From a virus (taxonomy: Duplodnaviria > Caudoviricetes), in IMG/VR virus record IMGVR_UViG_3300005805_000275, positions 1-32,614 of that record: a DNA stretch of 32,614 nucleotides; one strand, 5' to 3'. This document shows positions 31,785 to 32,614 of this stretch, in pieces (position 1 is the stretch's first letter; each line of letters starts with the position of its first letter). Position numbers and translations under genes: made by a program. The notes beneath the pieces were generated by a model that saw nothing but the letters and a program-made list of their open reading frames with translations, was not told the DNA's origin and did no database searches.

Positions 31785-32614
31785 TTGCCAGGATTTATAG
31801 ACACATTTTTGTCGAACATGAGCAGAATTGGGTTCGCCAAACCCAATCGTTTCGTTGCTTATATTACTCCAAATTCAAATGTTTTGAATAACTATTTGGG
31901 TAAGTTTGGCGGATTAGATTTCATGCGACAAAGACTGGCACAGTCTTGTTTTTCGGTTTCAATACCTGCGCCCACCTTTCTGACTCACGAATTCGGAATC
32001 AATACTGTAAACCGACTCATTCCATATGGAATTAATACATCCAACACCTCGGGTTTCTCGATGGAATTTTACTGTATGGGTGATATGTTTGAGAAAGAAG
32101 TATTCACTGCTTGGTCCAACGGAGTTATAGACAGGAATACCAAAGAGGTTTCCTACTACGATGATTTTGCCAAAGATTCCACAATTGAGTTGTTTTTTGT
32201 TCCCGACTATGTGTCAACATACGACGAGATGGCTACATTTTTGAGTGCGAGTTCTTCGGGAAATTCTAAGGCAAACAACTTAGTTTCTGGATTTAGATTT
32301 ACCGAAGTGTACCCATTTATTTACACATATAATGGGGGTACGGTTACATATCAATCAGCACAACAACCCGCAACAGTTAAAGTTGAGTTTATGTTCCGAA
32401 TGATTGAACCTTTGTATGCAGGAAATTACAATCAGGCGGGCGGAGAACCAACCGAAGTTAATGATACTAATCCTCTCAACAGGGAAAGAAATCAAATCAA
32501 CGCAAGAGAGAACATAAGGAATGAAAATTTTGCCCAACAGAGAAATTTGAAAATTGCACCACAAAACTTTGTGAGGAGATTTATTGGTGGCGGGGAGGGT
32601 GGTGGACTGCAGGC
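31785..32614 (+). CDS. gp54: Baseplate tail-tube initiator (gp54/gp19-fold), 3'-truncated; absent from the ORF track
   Basis: My translation from TTG 31785: MPGFIDTFLSNMSRIGFAKPNRFVAYI...CFSVSIP...FTAWSNGVID...YYDDFAK...EVYP...VEFMFR, open to the window end. Confidence 0.7.
   Translation, partial: MPGFIDTFLSNMSRIGFAKPNRFVAYITPNSNVLNNYLGKFGGLDFMRQRLAQSCFSVSIPAPTFLTHEFGINTVNRLIPYGINTSNTSGFSMEFYCMGDMFEKEVFTAWSNGVIDRNTKEVSYYDDFAKDSTIELFFVPDYVSTYDEMATFLSASSSGNSKANNLVSGFRFTEVYPFIYTYNGGTVTYQSAQQPATVKVEFMFRMIEPLYAGNYNQAGGEPTEVNDTNPLNRERNQINARENIRNENFAQQRNLKIAPQNFVRRFIGGGEGGGLQ

Noticed and set aside
1-32614. Stop-codon reassignment
   Set aside because: Conserved genes are full length in code 11; TAA and TGA terminate many genes and TAG terminates one.
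1-32614. tRNA, rRNA or other structured RNA genes
   Set aside because: Intergenic gaps are about 100 nt or less and show no cloverleaf or T-loop signature.

Overview
A 32.6 kb segment of a T4-like (Tevenvirinae/cyanophage-style) myovirus genome, all genes on the + strand, standard genetic code. Gene order: gp62 (partial), regA, dUTPase, nucleotide-modification genes (DUF6065-like, Nmad1-like, ABC-ATPase/GNAT), lysozyme, GroES, an m6A methyltransferase plus putative endonuclease, a DNA polymerase gp43 split in two around a free-standing GIY-YIG endonuclease, deacetylase, uvsX, a ~9.4 kb glycosylation island, gp41 helicase, a late block of probable capsid-packaged proteins, gp2 and a partial gp54-like gene. 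Most notable: (1) a 1299-aa apparent polyprotein (HIGH nucleotidyltransferase + RimK ligase + RimB-like protease + small modules) punctuated by prohead-protease-like sites and coupled to a ligase-fold protein; (2) an intron-less, intein-less split polymerase with a composite active site; (3) three genes whose ribosome-binding sites sit in hairpins that a late promoter would unlock; (4) a 17-bp duplication of the gp43 start region around the endonuclease gene; (5) apparent absence of AGCT and ACGT. Family names are from motif recognition by eye, not from searches.
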